Shown: positions 9,927-19,794 of the stretch, piece by piece
How positions within the stretch are numbered: position 1 is the first letter of the stretch
Layout: each line of letters begins with the position of its first letter
Assembly: GCA_964202905.1 (NCBI GenBank)
Contig: CAXNJO010000005.1
Location: forward strand, 1-64,000
DNA from: Polyangiales bacterium
GTDB lineage: Bacteria; Myxococcota_A; Polyangia; Polyangiales; JADJQN01
DNA length: 64,000 bases
Direction of reading: 5' to 3'
Position numbers and translations under genes: made by a program
Notes under the pieces: model-generated
What the model was told of the DNA's origin: nothing
Seen by the model: only the letters and a program-made list of their open reading frames with translations
Databases searched by the model: none

Positions 9927-10964
9927 TCAGGAGAGAATCTTGCCGTCGAGGGCGAGTCGCTCGTAGGTGCGCTCGATCTCGCTGAGAAACAGATATTGCT
10001 GCCGCGTGTAGCCACGGCGATCATCCGGGTCGATCTTGCCCTCGCGGAGCGCGAGGAGCACCTCTGCGATGCCGTCGTCGATGCTCCTCTCCGGAAGATA
10101 GCCGAGCTCGCTGCGGATGCGGGCGAAGGATACGTTGTAGTCGCGTAGCTCCGGGTCGGTCGGCGCCATGACGATCTCGGTGCCTGGCACCTGGTCGCGG
10201 ACGCGATAGGCGAGCTGCTGAATGCGCACGTTGTTGTCGTCGCCACCGGTGTTGAACACACGCCCCGTGACCTGCGCGATGGGGCGCTCGAGCACGAGCG
10301 CGAACGCGCGCGCAGCGTCGTTCACGTGCAGAAATGGGCGCCACTGCCTGCCGCCGCCCTCGACCGTGATGCGTCGACTCACATAGGCATTCTTGGTCAT
10401 CACGTTCACCGCGAGATCGAAGCGCGTCCGGCCGGACACGCCGAACAGGGTCGCCAGGCGGAGCGTGGTGATGCTCATCGGTGTTCTTGCCGCGAGCTCC
10501 CCCAGGCTCGACTCAGACGCCGCTTTGCACTTCGAGTAGAGCGAGACCGGCCGGAGCGCGGAGGTCTCGGTCAGGGCCTCTTCTTGCCCATGCCCGTAGA
10601 CACTGCAGGAAGACGCGAAGACGAAGCGCGCGACCCCAGCCTCTGCGGCCTTCGCTGCGACGCGCGCGCAGCCCTCGAGGTTGATGCCGCGGGTCAGCTC
10701 GGGAGCGATCTCGCAGGTCGGATCGTTGGAGATCCCGGCGAGATCCACCACCGCATCGAACCCGTCGAAGTCCGCCGTGCTGACTCCGCGCACGTCCGCC
10801 CGCTGCAGGGTCAGCTGGTCGGAGTGTTCGCGCAGCGGTCCGGCGAGCGGCTCCTTCCCGAAGTAGAAGCGGTCGAGCGCCGTCACGCGATGACCTGCTG
10901 CGAGGAGCAGCGGGATCAGGCTGGAGCCGAGGTAGCCGCCGCCGCCAGTGACGAGGACATTCAT
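9927..10964 (-). CDS. NAD-dependent nucleotide-sugar epimerase/dehydratase (extended SDR)
   Basis: VLVTGGGGYLGS, FASSCSVYG, YSKCK (YxxxK), WRPFLHVND. Confidence 0.95.
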   Translation of the reverse strand: MNVLVTGGGGYLGSSLIPLLLAAGHRVTALDRFYFGKEPLAGPLREHSDQLTLQRADVRGVSTADFDGFDAVVDLAGISNDPTCEIAPELTRGINLEGCARVAAKAAEAGVARFVFASSCSVYGHGQEEALTETSALRPVSLYSKCKAASESSLGELAARTPMSITTLRLATLFGVSGRTRFDLAVNVMTKNAYVSRRITVEGGGRQWRPFLHVNDAARAFALVLERPIAQVTGRVFNTGGDDNNVRIQQLAYRVRDQVPGTEIVMAPTDPELRDYNVSFARIRSELGYLPERSIDDGIAEVLLALREGKIDPDDRRGYTRQQYLFLSEIERTYERLALDGKILS

Positions 10965-11016
10965 CGGAGCTGATTAGCACTTCGAGACCGTACTCGGATA
11001 GTCGTTCGTCCGCGTG

Positions 11017-12735
11017 TCACGGCAGGTGCTCGAGGCCGGGCTGCCTGCCGGCGCGTGGATCGTGCAGGCGATACACCGGGCGTCCGGGGAAGCGGCGGCG
11101 GACCGACGCGAGCGCGTCGGGGGTGTCACGCAGGATCAAGATCTCGTCGCCGAAGTCCGGCTCGGGACGCCGCCACTCGAATACCCAAGTGCCACGCTCC
11201 GCGTACTGCGGATAAGCGGACCACACCACGAAGAACTGCGCGGCGAGCACGACCGCCGGGCGCTCGCGCGCGGGAATCCCGTCCTCGAGCGACGCATAGA
11301 GCGAGCGCTGTGGCTCGGCCTGGGCAAACAGCGCGACGCTCTGCGCGACGTCGAAGCCTACTTGTACAAGCAGCCAGGTGCTGAGTGCGGCCGCGGTCCA
11401 GCCGCCCGTCGGGAGACGGAGCGCGCGGAGGCGATCGAGGGAGTGCGCGAGGCCCGAGACCGCCAAGATCGTGAGCGGGACTACGCACTCCGAGTGATGA
11501 ATGGGGCCCACGGAGTGGATGCCGTAGTTGACATGCGCGAGCCCGAGCAGCAGCGCGGCGAGCACGCCGAGCGCGAGCGCGGCGTTGAGTCGATCACGCG
11601 GTGCGCCGAGCACCACGAGCAAGACGCCGAGCGGACCTGCGAACCACACGCCGAGTCGCAGCGCATTGAAGGCCACGTTGGAGCCGAAGCGCTCCCACCA
11701 CGATGGATGAATGGTGACGGTGGCATACGCGCCCTCGCTGAAGCGCGCCGGGACCCAGCTCCCGGTGACCGCGTACGAGTGCGCGACGAATACCAGCCCC
11801 GCGACGAGCAGCGCAGCGAGCGCGGCGAGGAAGGCTGCGCGCCGTGCGCCGCCTCCGCGCAGTGCGGCGTGGCCCTCGAGCGCTGCGAGCGGGCCGAGCA
11901 ACATCGCCGACTCGAAGGGACGACAGAGCATCGCCAAGCCGACGCTCGCGCCGAGCAGCGCGCCGCGCAGCCGACTCGAGCGCTCGAGGTTCGACACGTG
12001 GAGCGCGAGGGAGAGCGCGATGAGGGCGCGCGAGTGAAGGTGACCGTGGGTGGTCATCGAGAGCACGAAGGCCATCGGGGAGGTCAGAGCGACCAATGCG
12101 CCGAGCGCGCCCCAGGCCACGGAGAGCCGCTTCGAGAGCACGTAGGCGATGCACGGCACCGGCAGCGCGGCCGACACGGCGAACAGCCAGTTGCCCGAGT
12201 GCGTGAGCTCTGCGAGGCACCACGCGAGCTGCGTCCCGAGCCAGTCCATGCTGGTGATCGAGTGCCCTCGCACGTACATGAAGAGCGGCGGGAACGCATC
12301 GAGGCTGAACGGGACCTCGACGAGCACGCGGCCCTGCGCGAGGGCTTGGCCGCCGAAGCGCGCGGCCCACTCGTCGTCGGTCACCGGATAGCCGCTCAGG
12401 ATGAGCGCGTTCGAGAGCCGCGCGATGACCGCGCTCATCACGCCGAGAAACACCAGCAGCGCCCGCTTCTCCACGTTCGTCAGCGCAGCGGCGCGCGCCT
12501 GCATCGACACGAGCAAGCGGCCGATCGGTGCGCGATAGCCGTAGCCGAGCAGCGCGCCCCCTGGAGTCAGCAGAAACGCAAGCGCCAGCCAGAGGTTCGC
12601 CTCGCCCTCGCTGATGCGCGTGAAGGGCGGCTTGAACACGACGAAGAAGCCGCGTCCGACCGCAGAGATGGCGGCAAAACAGAGGACCGCGAGCCAGCCG
12701 CTCAAGCGCGCGACCAGGTCGGGGTGTACGCGCAT
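11017..12735 (-). CDS. Polytopic membrane glycosyltransferase, GT-C fold (ArnT/PMT-like)
   Basis: More than 10 hydrophobic segments, acidic loop YPVTDDEW after an early TM, 'MLCRP' motif and a soluble C-terminal domain; heads the sugar operon. ATG 12735 chosen as start. Confidence 0.65.
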   Translation of the reverse strand: MRVHPDLVARLSGWLAVLCFAAISAVGRGFFVVFKPPFTRISEGEANLWLALAFLLTPGGALLGYGYRAPIGRLLVSMQARAAALTNVEKRALLVFLGVMSAVIARLSNALILSGYPVTDDEWAARFGGQALAQGRVLVEVPFSLDAFPPLFMYVRGHSITSMDWLGTQLAWCLAELTHSGNWLFAVSAALPVPCIAYVLSKRLSVAWGALGALVALTSPMAFVLSMTTHGHLHSRALIALSLALHVSNLERSSRLRGALLGASVGLAMLCRPFESAMLLGPLAALEGHAALRGGGARRAAFLAALAALLVAGLVFVAHSYAVTGSWVPARFSEGAYATVTIHPSWWERFGSNVAFNALRLGVWFAGPLGVLLVVLGAPRDRLNAALALGVLAALLLGLAHVNYGIHSVGPIHHSECVVPLTILAVSGLAHSLDRLRALRLPTGGWTAAALSTWLLVQVGFDVAQSVALFAQAEPQRSLYASLEDGIPARERPAVVLAAQFFVVWSAYPQYAERGTWVFEWRRPEPDFGDEILILRDTPDALASVRRRFPGRPVYRLHDPRAGRQPGLEHLP

Positions 12736-12813
12736 GCCGGGTCGGCTCGCGACACTGCCGGTGGGTACGCGTGAAGTCAACGAACGCGGCTCGGCGAGCT
12801 GTCCGCTCGCGGT

Positions 12814-12838
12814 GTGTAGCCCATCCGATCGCCCCTTT
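12814..12838 (-). other. Weak candidate oriIS end of the IS91/ISCR element
   Basis: Minus strand AAAGGGGCG-ATCGGATGGG-CTACAC about 200 bp downstream of the tnp stop. Same position and spacing as the recalled ISCR oriIS pattern GCG-TTTGAACTTC-CTATAC, but the core is degenerate. Confidence 0.3.
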
Positions 12839-13034
12839 GGTCGTGCTCCATGACGCTGCGTCCTCGCGGAACGCTACGCGAGCGTGCCGCAGAGCACAAT
12901 CTCGACATCGATGCTGCTCTGCCGGAGGCTCGTCGACGTGGCTCGAACTCCCACTTTCAGCGCATGTTCGCGCGGCGGACGCATGTCTCCCTGGCCGCGC
13001 TGTGCGCAGCCTGTCGGCTCACGGTGCTCTCCGC

Positions 13035-14631
13035 TCAACTGAACACGAGTCGCAGCTGTCCATACGCGGACGCTCGTGGCTCGGCTTCGGGCGGCGCTCT
13101 CGGCGGCGCTCTGGCGTAGCCGCGCTCACCGAGCACGCGTGAGACATCGTCGGGTTTCTTCGCAACCTCCACGATCCGCAGCTGTCCACCGCACTTCTCG
13201 CACTTCAAGATGTCGACCGCGAACTCCCGCTGCAGTAGCCAGCTCCACGGGTGTCGCGATGGCTCGGCCGTCTTCTTCGTGGCGCTCTTCGCTGACGTCG
13301 TCGGCTCGTCCGCCTCGTCGAACAGGGGGAGCTGCTTCGGCGGCGCGGCCACCTTCCTCGGCACGACCTCCGCACGGAGCGACGAGTGCCCAGCGAGGAC
13401 ACCCAGATACCTCAGCAAGTGAAAGCGCGGCGGCGGCACGAGCACACACACACGTGCTCGGCGTGCTCGGCTCGCTTCGCGCGCTCTGCGCGCGCTCTCC
13501 GCGCGATGGCCTGATGAAGTCTGCCGGCGAGAGCACGACGGCGTGCGTCCCGTCGCGTCAGGCCTTCTTGAAGCGGCATACGACCTGTCCGTCATCGGGC
13601 AGCGACAGTCGATCGAGCGCGAGCGGAGGCCGCGCCATGTAGCGCAACACGTGCTCCAGGCGCTGCCGATCGCGACCGTCGATCGCCACCTCCGCGTGCA
13701 CGTTCACGCCGCCGAACTCCGCGAGCGCGCGCACCTCTGAACGCACGGCGCGTACAGGCTGCACGAGCTTGAGCGTCTTTTGACCCGCGCGCTCACCGAG
13801 CAGCTGTACGTCGCCCGCGGACGCCGCGTAACACGAGGCGAGGACCGGCTGATCGTGCGTGAGCTCCGCCGGCTCATCGCCGAGTCCGTCGAGCATGCGG
13901 CCGTGCGCGAGCAGGACCTTCACGATGCGCGCGTGCGTCCACTCTGCGACCTGCTCCACCTCGTCGAAACTCGGCGCGCCGAGCGTGTGGAACGCGAGCG
14001 CGCCGCTCGGTGCGCGCGCGTAAACGCCATCGAGAAATAGCGAGTGCGCATGCACGTTGAGGCGCAGTACGGAGTCGCTGCGCTGAATGAAGGTCAGTGC
14101 GCCAACGTGCGCCTCGTCGACGCTCGGCAGGCCGAGACACGCCTTCGCTCGGCGTCGGAGAGAGCTCGAGACCGCGCCCGTGAACGCCGACATCACCTCT
14201 GCCCAAAGTCTCCTGTCGTAGCCGAGCAAGCTGCGTAGTCGCCACGGGAGCGAGTACACCCACTGTCGCGCCGGCACCTCGGGGAGCACATCATCAACAA
14301 GGTGCGCGGCCGTGTCTGACATGCGGCGCGCGACGCACGACGGACAAAAGCCGCGCTTCTTGCACGAGAACGCGACGACTAGCTCTTCGCCGCAGTCGCA
14401 ACACCGCAAGTGCACGAGGCCATGCTCGAGCAGCCCGCACTCGAGATACGCCTCGAGCTCGCGCACCACGAACCGCGGCAGCCCGCCGGCCTCCTCGGCG
14501 CGCTCGAGGAATGCTGGCCAGTGCGCGCGCACCACGCGGTGAAGCACAGTGTCCTCCGGACGCCGCCGCGCATAGCCATCCGCGCGAGGTGCAGGAGCAA
14601 GAGCCGAGCAAGCAGCGACAACGGCAGACAC
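13035..14631 (-). pseudogene. IS91-family (ISCR-like) rolling-circle transposase, inactivated
   Basis: Zn-binding CGLLEHG..RCCDC...SCKKRGFCPSC, RQWVYSLP, HUH motif NVHAH, YMARPP and HLLRYLGV. In-frame TGA at 13558-13560 (KKA*RDGT) and a 55-bp frameshifting insertion at 13458-13512. Confidence 0.92.
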
Positions 14632-14659
14632 CGCCGCTCATCGGCGCATCACCTGGCCC

Positions 14660-15171
14660 AGTGCTTGACATGCTCGGATGAATCCGCCGAGCGGGTCGCG
14701 CTCTCAACCGGTCGGAGCGAAGAAGGCGTGCTCGTCGACTTCGACGTCGCTGACTGGGTCCTCGGCGCAGCCTTCGGCCCCAGGGACGGCGAAGTATCCA
14801 CCGAGGAACTCCGCACCATCGCAGCGTCGATGGTTCACGTTCAGCTCTATGGAACCGTCGTTCGAGCGGGTCGCACCGAGCTTCACCTTGCCGTGTGCCC
14901 CGTAGGCGACGTCGACAGCGATGCCGACTCCGTAGCGCTGGACCTCTCGTCTCCTTCGACGTGACGAGCCGAGTCCCCGCGCGCGGGGCAGCGGAGCCGC
15001 GCGCAACTCGCCGCGTGGAAGGCAGCGAAGGCCGGCTGGTACAAGCCTGAGCTCGAAGCGCAGCTCGAGGCGTTGGCGGCGCTCGAGCTCGTCGAGCCGA
15101 CGCCTGTCGCGGCATCGCGCAGAGGTCGAGCGAAGCCGCCGGGCGCGGCGCGCGGCCGAACGCGGAAGTGA
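14660..15171 (+). pseudogene. Gene remnant of unknown function adjacent to the transposase 5' end
   Basis: Protein-like frame ...EEGVLVDFDVADWVLGAAFGPRDG...LDLSSPST*RAESP...AQLAAWKAAKAGWYKPELEAQLE...RK* continues in frame across an internal TGA at 14962-14964; left boundary approximate. Confidence 0.45.
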
Positions 15172-15347
15172 GCCGCAGGCGACGTGAGCACTGCGCGGCG
15201 GGCGCTTTGGCGCAGGCGCCGCTACGTCCGCGTCGGCCTCGGGCACGTCGTCCACGGCGCGCGGAGCGTCCCTATCGCCGCGGCGCCGCGCGACCAGCAG
15301 CTCGCGGGCGACGCCGCGCGCGGCGCACGCGACGCCGGCTCCGGGGT

Positions 15348-15590
15348 CTACACGCCGCCGATGCACACCATGGCGTTGCCGCCGCCGTCGCCCTGCAGCG
15401 ATTCGTCGCGACACTGCCAGCCGTCGCCGCGCTCGGCCTCGCAGGCGGACGTCGCCGTGCAGTCGCGCAAGCACAGCCCGGCGCTGCGCGAGATGCAGCT
15501 GAACCCGGTCGGACAATCGGCGTTGTTGGCGCGGGACGGCGTGCAGACAACGTCCGCGGGAGCCCCGCTGGCCGTGCACGGCGAGCGCCG
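15348..15590 (-). pseudogene. C-terminal fragment of a Cys-rich myxobacterial protein
   Basis: Manual translation SPCTASGAPADVVCTPSRANNADCPTGFSCISRSAGLCLRDCTATSACEAERGDGWQCRDESLQGDGGGNAMVCIGGV*; in-frame stop upstream at ~15599 and no credible start. Confidence 0.6.
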
Positions 15591-15684
15591 CCGGCGCCCT
15601 ACGCGCGCACCGCCGCGCAGACGAGGTTCGCGCCCGGATCCGTGCCTCCGCCCCCGGCCACCCGCGGCCTCGCGGAGGGCGGCG

Positions 15685-18676
15685 TCAGGGAGGAGGCGGG
15701 GGCACCGTGAGCCCGAGCTCGAGCGTGCGCGTCTTGGCCGTGTTCAACTCCGGGGCGATCTGGCCCCCGATGACGATCACCTCGGTCCCGGTGTAGACGG
15801 CGCACGCCGAGGCGCCCGGCGGACCGGGTGGGATCGCGCGCCAGGCGTTCATGGCCGGATCGTACACGCCGCCCGTGGCGGTGAAGGTCGAGCTCCCGCG
15901 GAAGAAGCCTCCCTGCACGACCAGCTCCGTGCCCGCCCAGAGCAAGATCCCGCGCTCGCGCGCCGCGGGCGCGCCAAAGCTCGTGAGGGCACGCCAGGTG
16001 CCGGTGGTCGGCTCGTAGCGCCCCCCGCCCGAGAGCGCGCTCACGTCGTCACTGCCGCCGCCCCAGACGATCAGCTCGCTCCCCGACCACACGCCGAGGG
16101 AACCGGGTGCGATCGCGCCACGCGCGGGGGGCGCGCCGAACCCCGGGAGCGTGGACCAGGTGTTCGTCGCCGGGTCGTAGCGCGCGCCGTCCCCGAGCGC
16201 GGTCACGGTCTCGCTATCGATGGTCTTCTGGAGGCCGCCCCACACGACGACCTCGCTGCCGGTCCACGCGACGGCGGCCCCGTAGCGGTGCGGCGGCGCG
16301 CCCGTCGTCGCGATGGGGCTCCACGTGTTCGTCCCCGGATCGTAGAGGGCGCCATCCCCGAGGGAGAACGACTGGAACGAGCTCGAGAAGCGCCCGCCCC
16401 AGACGAAGACCTTCGACCCCGTCCAGACGACCATCGGCCGCTCGCGCACGGACGGAGCGCCGCTCATCTCGGTGTTGTAGGAACATGTTGAAGGCGGGGT
16501 CGTAAAGAAACCCATCCTGCAAGGAGGTCATCGCGACGCCGATCCCACCGACACCGCCCCAGACGAAGAACCGGCTCCCCGTCCACACGGTCCCCATCCC
16601 GACGCGGCCGCCGATCGGCGCCGCAATCGCGCTCTCCGACCACGTGTCCCCAACGGGGTCGTAGGCGAGCACGGTCGACGGCGCGTAGTTCGACGGCATC
16701 GAGCCGAAGCCACCCCACACGAGCACTCGCGGGTTGGTCGCGTCGGCCATCCACGCGCAGGCGTGCGCAGCGCGGGGCGAGGGCATCGGGGCCCGCGCCG
16801 AGACCGCGCCGCCCCCGTCCGGCGAGACGGAGCCGCCGTCGAACGGCGCACCACCGTCGAATCCGAGATCGGGAATCCCACCATCGAATCCGAGATCGGG
16901 AATCCCACCATCGAATCCGAGATCAGGAATCCCACCATCGAATCCGAGATCGGGAATCCCACCGTCGAATCCCGCGTCCGGAATCCCAGCATCCGGATCC
17001 AAGGAACAGCCCATGCCGGGGTAGACACTGATGTTCCCGTCGTTGCAATCCCCCGGAAATGCCACCCAGCCGGGAATTTCCTCGCACCTCGTGACCGCAT
17101 CCTCGGTGAGGCCGTATCCATCCCCGTCGAAGTCGAGGTAACGCACGAACGTGGCCAAGTCCTCGTCGCGCGCGCCGTCGCAGTCGTCGTCGCGCCCGTT
17201 GCAGACCTCCGGGACACTCCGCACCTCGCCGTCACAGGCGATCACGCCGCCCACGCACAGGGTGGTGCCCCGGACACACTCGCCAGTGTCTCGACCGCAG
17301 CGAAAGCCCGCGCCGATCACGTCACCGTCGTCGACGAAGCCGTTGCAGTCGTCGTCGAGTCCGTTGCAGTTCTCGGGCTCGGGGCTGCTGCCGCCCGTGC
17401 ACACGGGGGCCCCGCCCACGCACAGGCTGACCCCCGCCACGCACTCTCCGACGCTGGTGCCACAGGGCCCGAACGCCCCCTCGTCGAAGCGTCCGTCGCA
17501 GTCGTCGTCGATCCCGTTGCAGGCCTCCGGGAGCGGGGTGCACACGTCGACTCCCCCGTCTCGGCCGCCCGCATCGACGCCACCGTCGTCGCGCGGGAGG
17601 CACCGGGCCTCGACGTTCACCGAAGGATCGGCGTCGTCGCAGTCGCGGCCCTCGAGGACCCACACCGCGCGGTCACAGGTGCTGGGAGTCTCGAGCGGGC
17701 GCTCGCAGACCTCGCGCGTCGTGGCGTCGTCGCCGAACCCGTCGGCGTCGCAGTCCGCGAAGAAGGTCGTGAGCACGCCCTCGTCGATGCGTCCATCGCA
17801 GTCGTTGTCCAGGCCGTCGCACGTCTCCGTGACCGGGCCGGTCGCCCCGCCGCAGCCCGCCTCCCACAGCCCGGGCGTCCCGAGGCAGCGCTGCGTGCCC
17901 GGGCGGCACTCGCCCGTCGTCGAGCCGCAGGCGCGCGCCTCCCCCGTGCCGCACTCGCAGGCTTCGTCGACCGCGAGGTTGCAGTTGTCGTCGACGCCGT
18001 TGCAGAGCTCGGTCGCGCCGACGAAGCGCTGTGGGTTCGCGTCGTCGCAGTCGTTGCAGGTCGTCGTCGCGCCGAGGGGAATCCGACAACCCTGTTCCGT
18101 GATGGTCAACGGCCCGCGCCCGTCGCCGTCCGTGTCCGCGCACGAGATGGCCGCGACCTCCTCGTCGACGCGCCCATCGCAGTCGTCGTCGAAGCCGTTG
18201 CAGGACTCGATGCCCCCCGCGTTGATCGCGCGGCGCGTGTCGTCGCAGTCCGAGCCACAGCGCATCGGGCCGTTGCAGCAGCCGAAATACGGCTCGCCGT
18301 CGCCGTCGGCGTCCGGGCCGACCGTCGCGTCGTCGCAGTCCTCGTCGTCCGCATCGCAGACCTCGATCGCCCCGGGGAACCGCGACGGGTCTAGGTCGTC
18401 GCAGTCCGAGCCGCCGCACGCGGCGCTCGGGACGCCGTCGCCGTCGTCGTCGGGGCAGACGAACCGATCCGGCCCGAAGTCGGGGGGTCCCTCGTCGACG
18501 CCGAGATCGGCTGCGCCGTCGACGCTCGCGTCGACGCCGAGGTCGCCGCCGTCGTCCGGCACCCGACCCCCCACGCCGCCGCACGCGGACAGCAGCGCGC
18601 CCACCCCGAGGAGCAGGGCCAGGACGGAGGGGCGGAGTCTCAGTCGGACGCGCCGTACCCGAAGCGGAAGATGCAT
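15685..18676 (-). CDS. Large lipoprotein: putative metal-binding (MopE-like, DCDD..PGA.E.C) repeats plus C-terminal Kelch beta-propeller; frameshift near 16482
   Basis: Lipobox LLSAC, many E.CNG.DDDCDG.DE repeats, and Kelch blades VWTGS.VFVWGG...YDP.TNTW. The frame switches between ORFs 16214..19003 and 15685..16515 at YDPAFNM/SYNTEMSGAP. Confidence 0.85.
15710..16039. repeat. 330-bp direct repeat, copy 2 (in the 3' end of the full-length Kelch gene)
   Basis: Matches 4766-5095. Confidence 0.97.
16851..16985. repeat. 27-bp coding tandem repeat x5 (GIPDLGFDG linker)
   Basis: Unit CCACCATCGAATCCGAGATCGGGAATC; four near-perfect copies and one degenerate copy, no spacers. Confidence 0.95.
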
Positions 18677-18950
18677 CTGGACCTCCTCCTCCAGGACGTC
18701 GGCGAGGGTCCGCCGCGCTTGGGGGCGCGATCGTACGCGTACGCGCCACCTTTGACCACCGCGCCGCGAGGGCCGCACGCGCCCGCGACCGACGCGTACG
18801 ACCTCGAGAGCCCGCCGGCCGGCCGGCCTCGGCGCGCGCTCGGCGACCTCGAGGACCAAGGGGCCAGCGGGGGCCTGACGGGGATCCGCGACGAGCAGGG
18901 CAGGCGAGGCGCGAGGCGGGCCGCGCATGCGGTATCGTCGGGCGCCCGCG

Positions 18951-19649
18951 ATGCGACACGTCACGCCGCCACGGCCTCGGCGCCGCAGCCTCGCGCGCGA
19001 CACACGCGGCGTCGTCTACGTCGAGTTCCTCCTCGCCTTCGTGCCGATCTTCACGCTCTTCCTCGGGATCGCGCAGCTCGTGCTGCTCTGGGGCGGGCGC
19101 CTCGTCGTCGGCCACGCGGCGACGCGCGCGGCGCGGGCAGCGGCCGTCGTGCTCGACGACGACCCGCGCTACTACGACCGCGAGCCGCGCAACGCCGTGA
19201 GCGGCCGCGCGCTCGAGGCGTCCGACCTGTTCGCGGCGTTCGCCCGCCTCGGCCTCGGCGGCGCCGCGCCGTCCGCGCCGACGGCCGCCGTGCTCTCGCG
19301 GCGCGCGACGATCGAGCTCGCCGCGGCGCTCACCGTCGCGCCGCTCGTGACGCGCGGCGGGCCGCGCAGCCTCCGCGACAACCTCGTGCGCGACCCGCTC
19401 ACCGAGGTCGCCACGCGCGTCCGGGCCGACCTCGACGTCGCGATCGACGGCGTCGTGAACGAGCCGCGCACCGCGCGGGACGACGTCGCCGAGCCCGTGA
19501 CCGTCACCGTGCGCTACCGCTACGGCTGCGGCGTGCCCGTCGCGCGGATGCTCGTCTGCCCGGGCGGCGTGAAGGCGCTCGTGGCGCACGCGACGCTCCC
19601 CAACCACCGCGCCGCGCTCGACTACGCGACCGCCGGCTGGGCCGAATAG
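18951..19649 (+). CDS. tadE: TadE-like pseudopilin
   Basis: ARDTRG|VVYVEFLLAFVPIFTLFLGIAQL prepilin cleavage site with E+5, followed by HAATRAARAAAV. Confidence 0.85.
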   Translation: MRHVTPPRPRRRSLARDTRGVVYVEFLLAFVPIFTLFLGIAQLVLLWGGRLVVGHAATRAARAAAVVLDDDPRYYDREPRNAVSGRALEASDLFAAFARLGLGGAAPSAPTAAVLSRRATIELAAALTVAPLVTRGGPRSLRDNLVRDPLTEVATRVRADLDVAIDGVVNEPRTARDDVAEPVTVTVRYRYGCGVPVARMLVCPGGVKALVAHATLPNHRAALDYATAGWAE

Positions 19650-19794
19650 CGCCCGGCCCGCCGCCGCGGGGGGCCACCCGTGACGCGGCCCGCGCGGCGC
19701 CCCCGATCGCCGATACGGTCAACAGCGTGACGCCCCGCATCGTCCATCCACATCGATACATCGGCGATCGCGGAGCGCGATGCGCGCAGAACGG

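Larger units (their letters stand above)
5096..16039. mobile_element. IS91/ISCR-associated island bounded by a duplicated Kelch-gene 3' end
   Basis: Flanking 330-bp direct repeats, an internal IS91-family transposase, truncated genes at the junctions, and cargo visibly richer in A/T-ending codons than the flanks. Confidence 0.8.

Noticed and set aside
13558..13560. TGA read-through or recoding (also 14962-14964)
   Set aside because: Both sit in decayed mobile DNA and are simple TGG>TGA-type changes; intact genes in the window use TGA as a normal stop.
4766..16039. Repeat pair as a diversity-generating retroelement template/variable region
   Set aside because: Differences are not confined to adenines of one copy (G/A, A/G, T/C and C/T changes in both directions), and no reverse transcriptase is present in the window.
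16851..16985. 27-bp repeats as a CRISPR array
   Set aside because: Head-to-tail copies with no spacers, in frame within a protein linker, and no cas genes. The same applies to the 15-bp repeats at 20568-20652.
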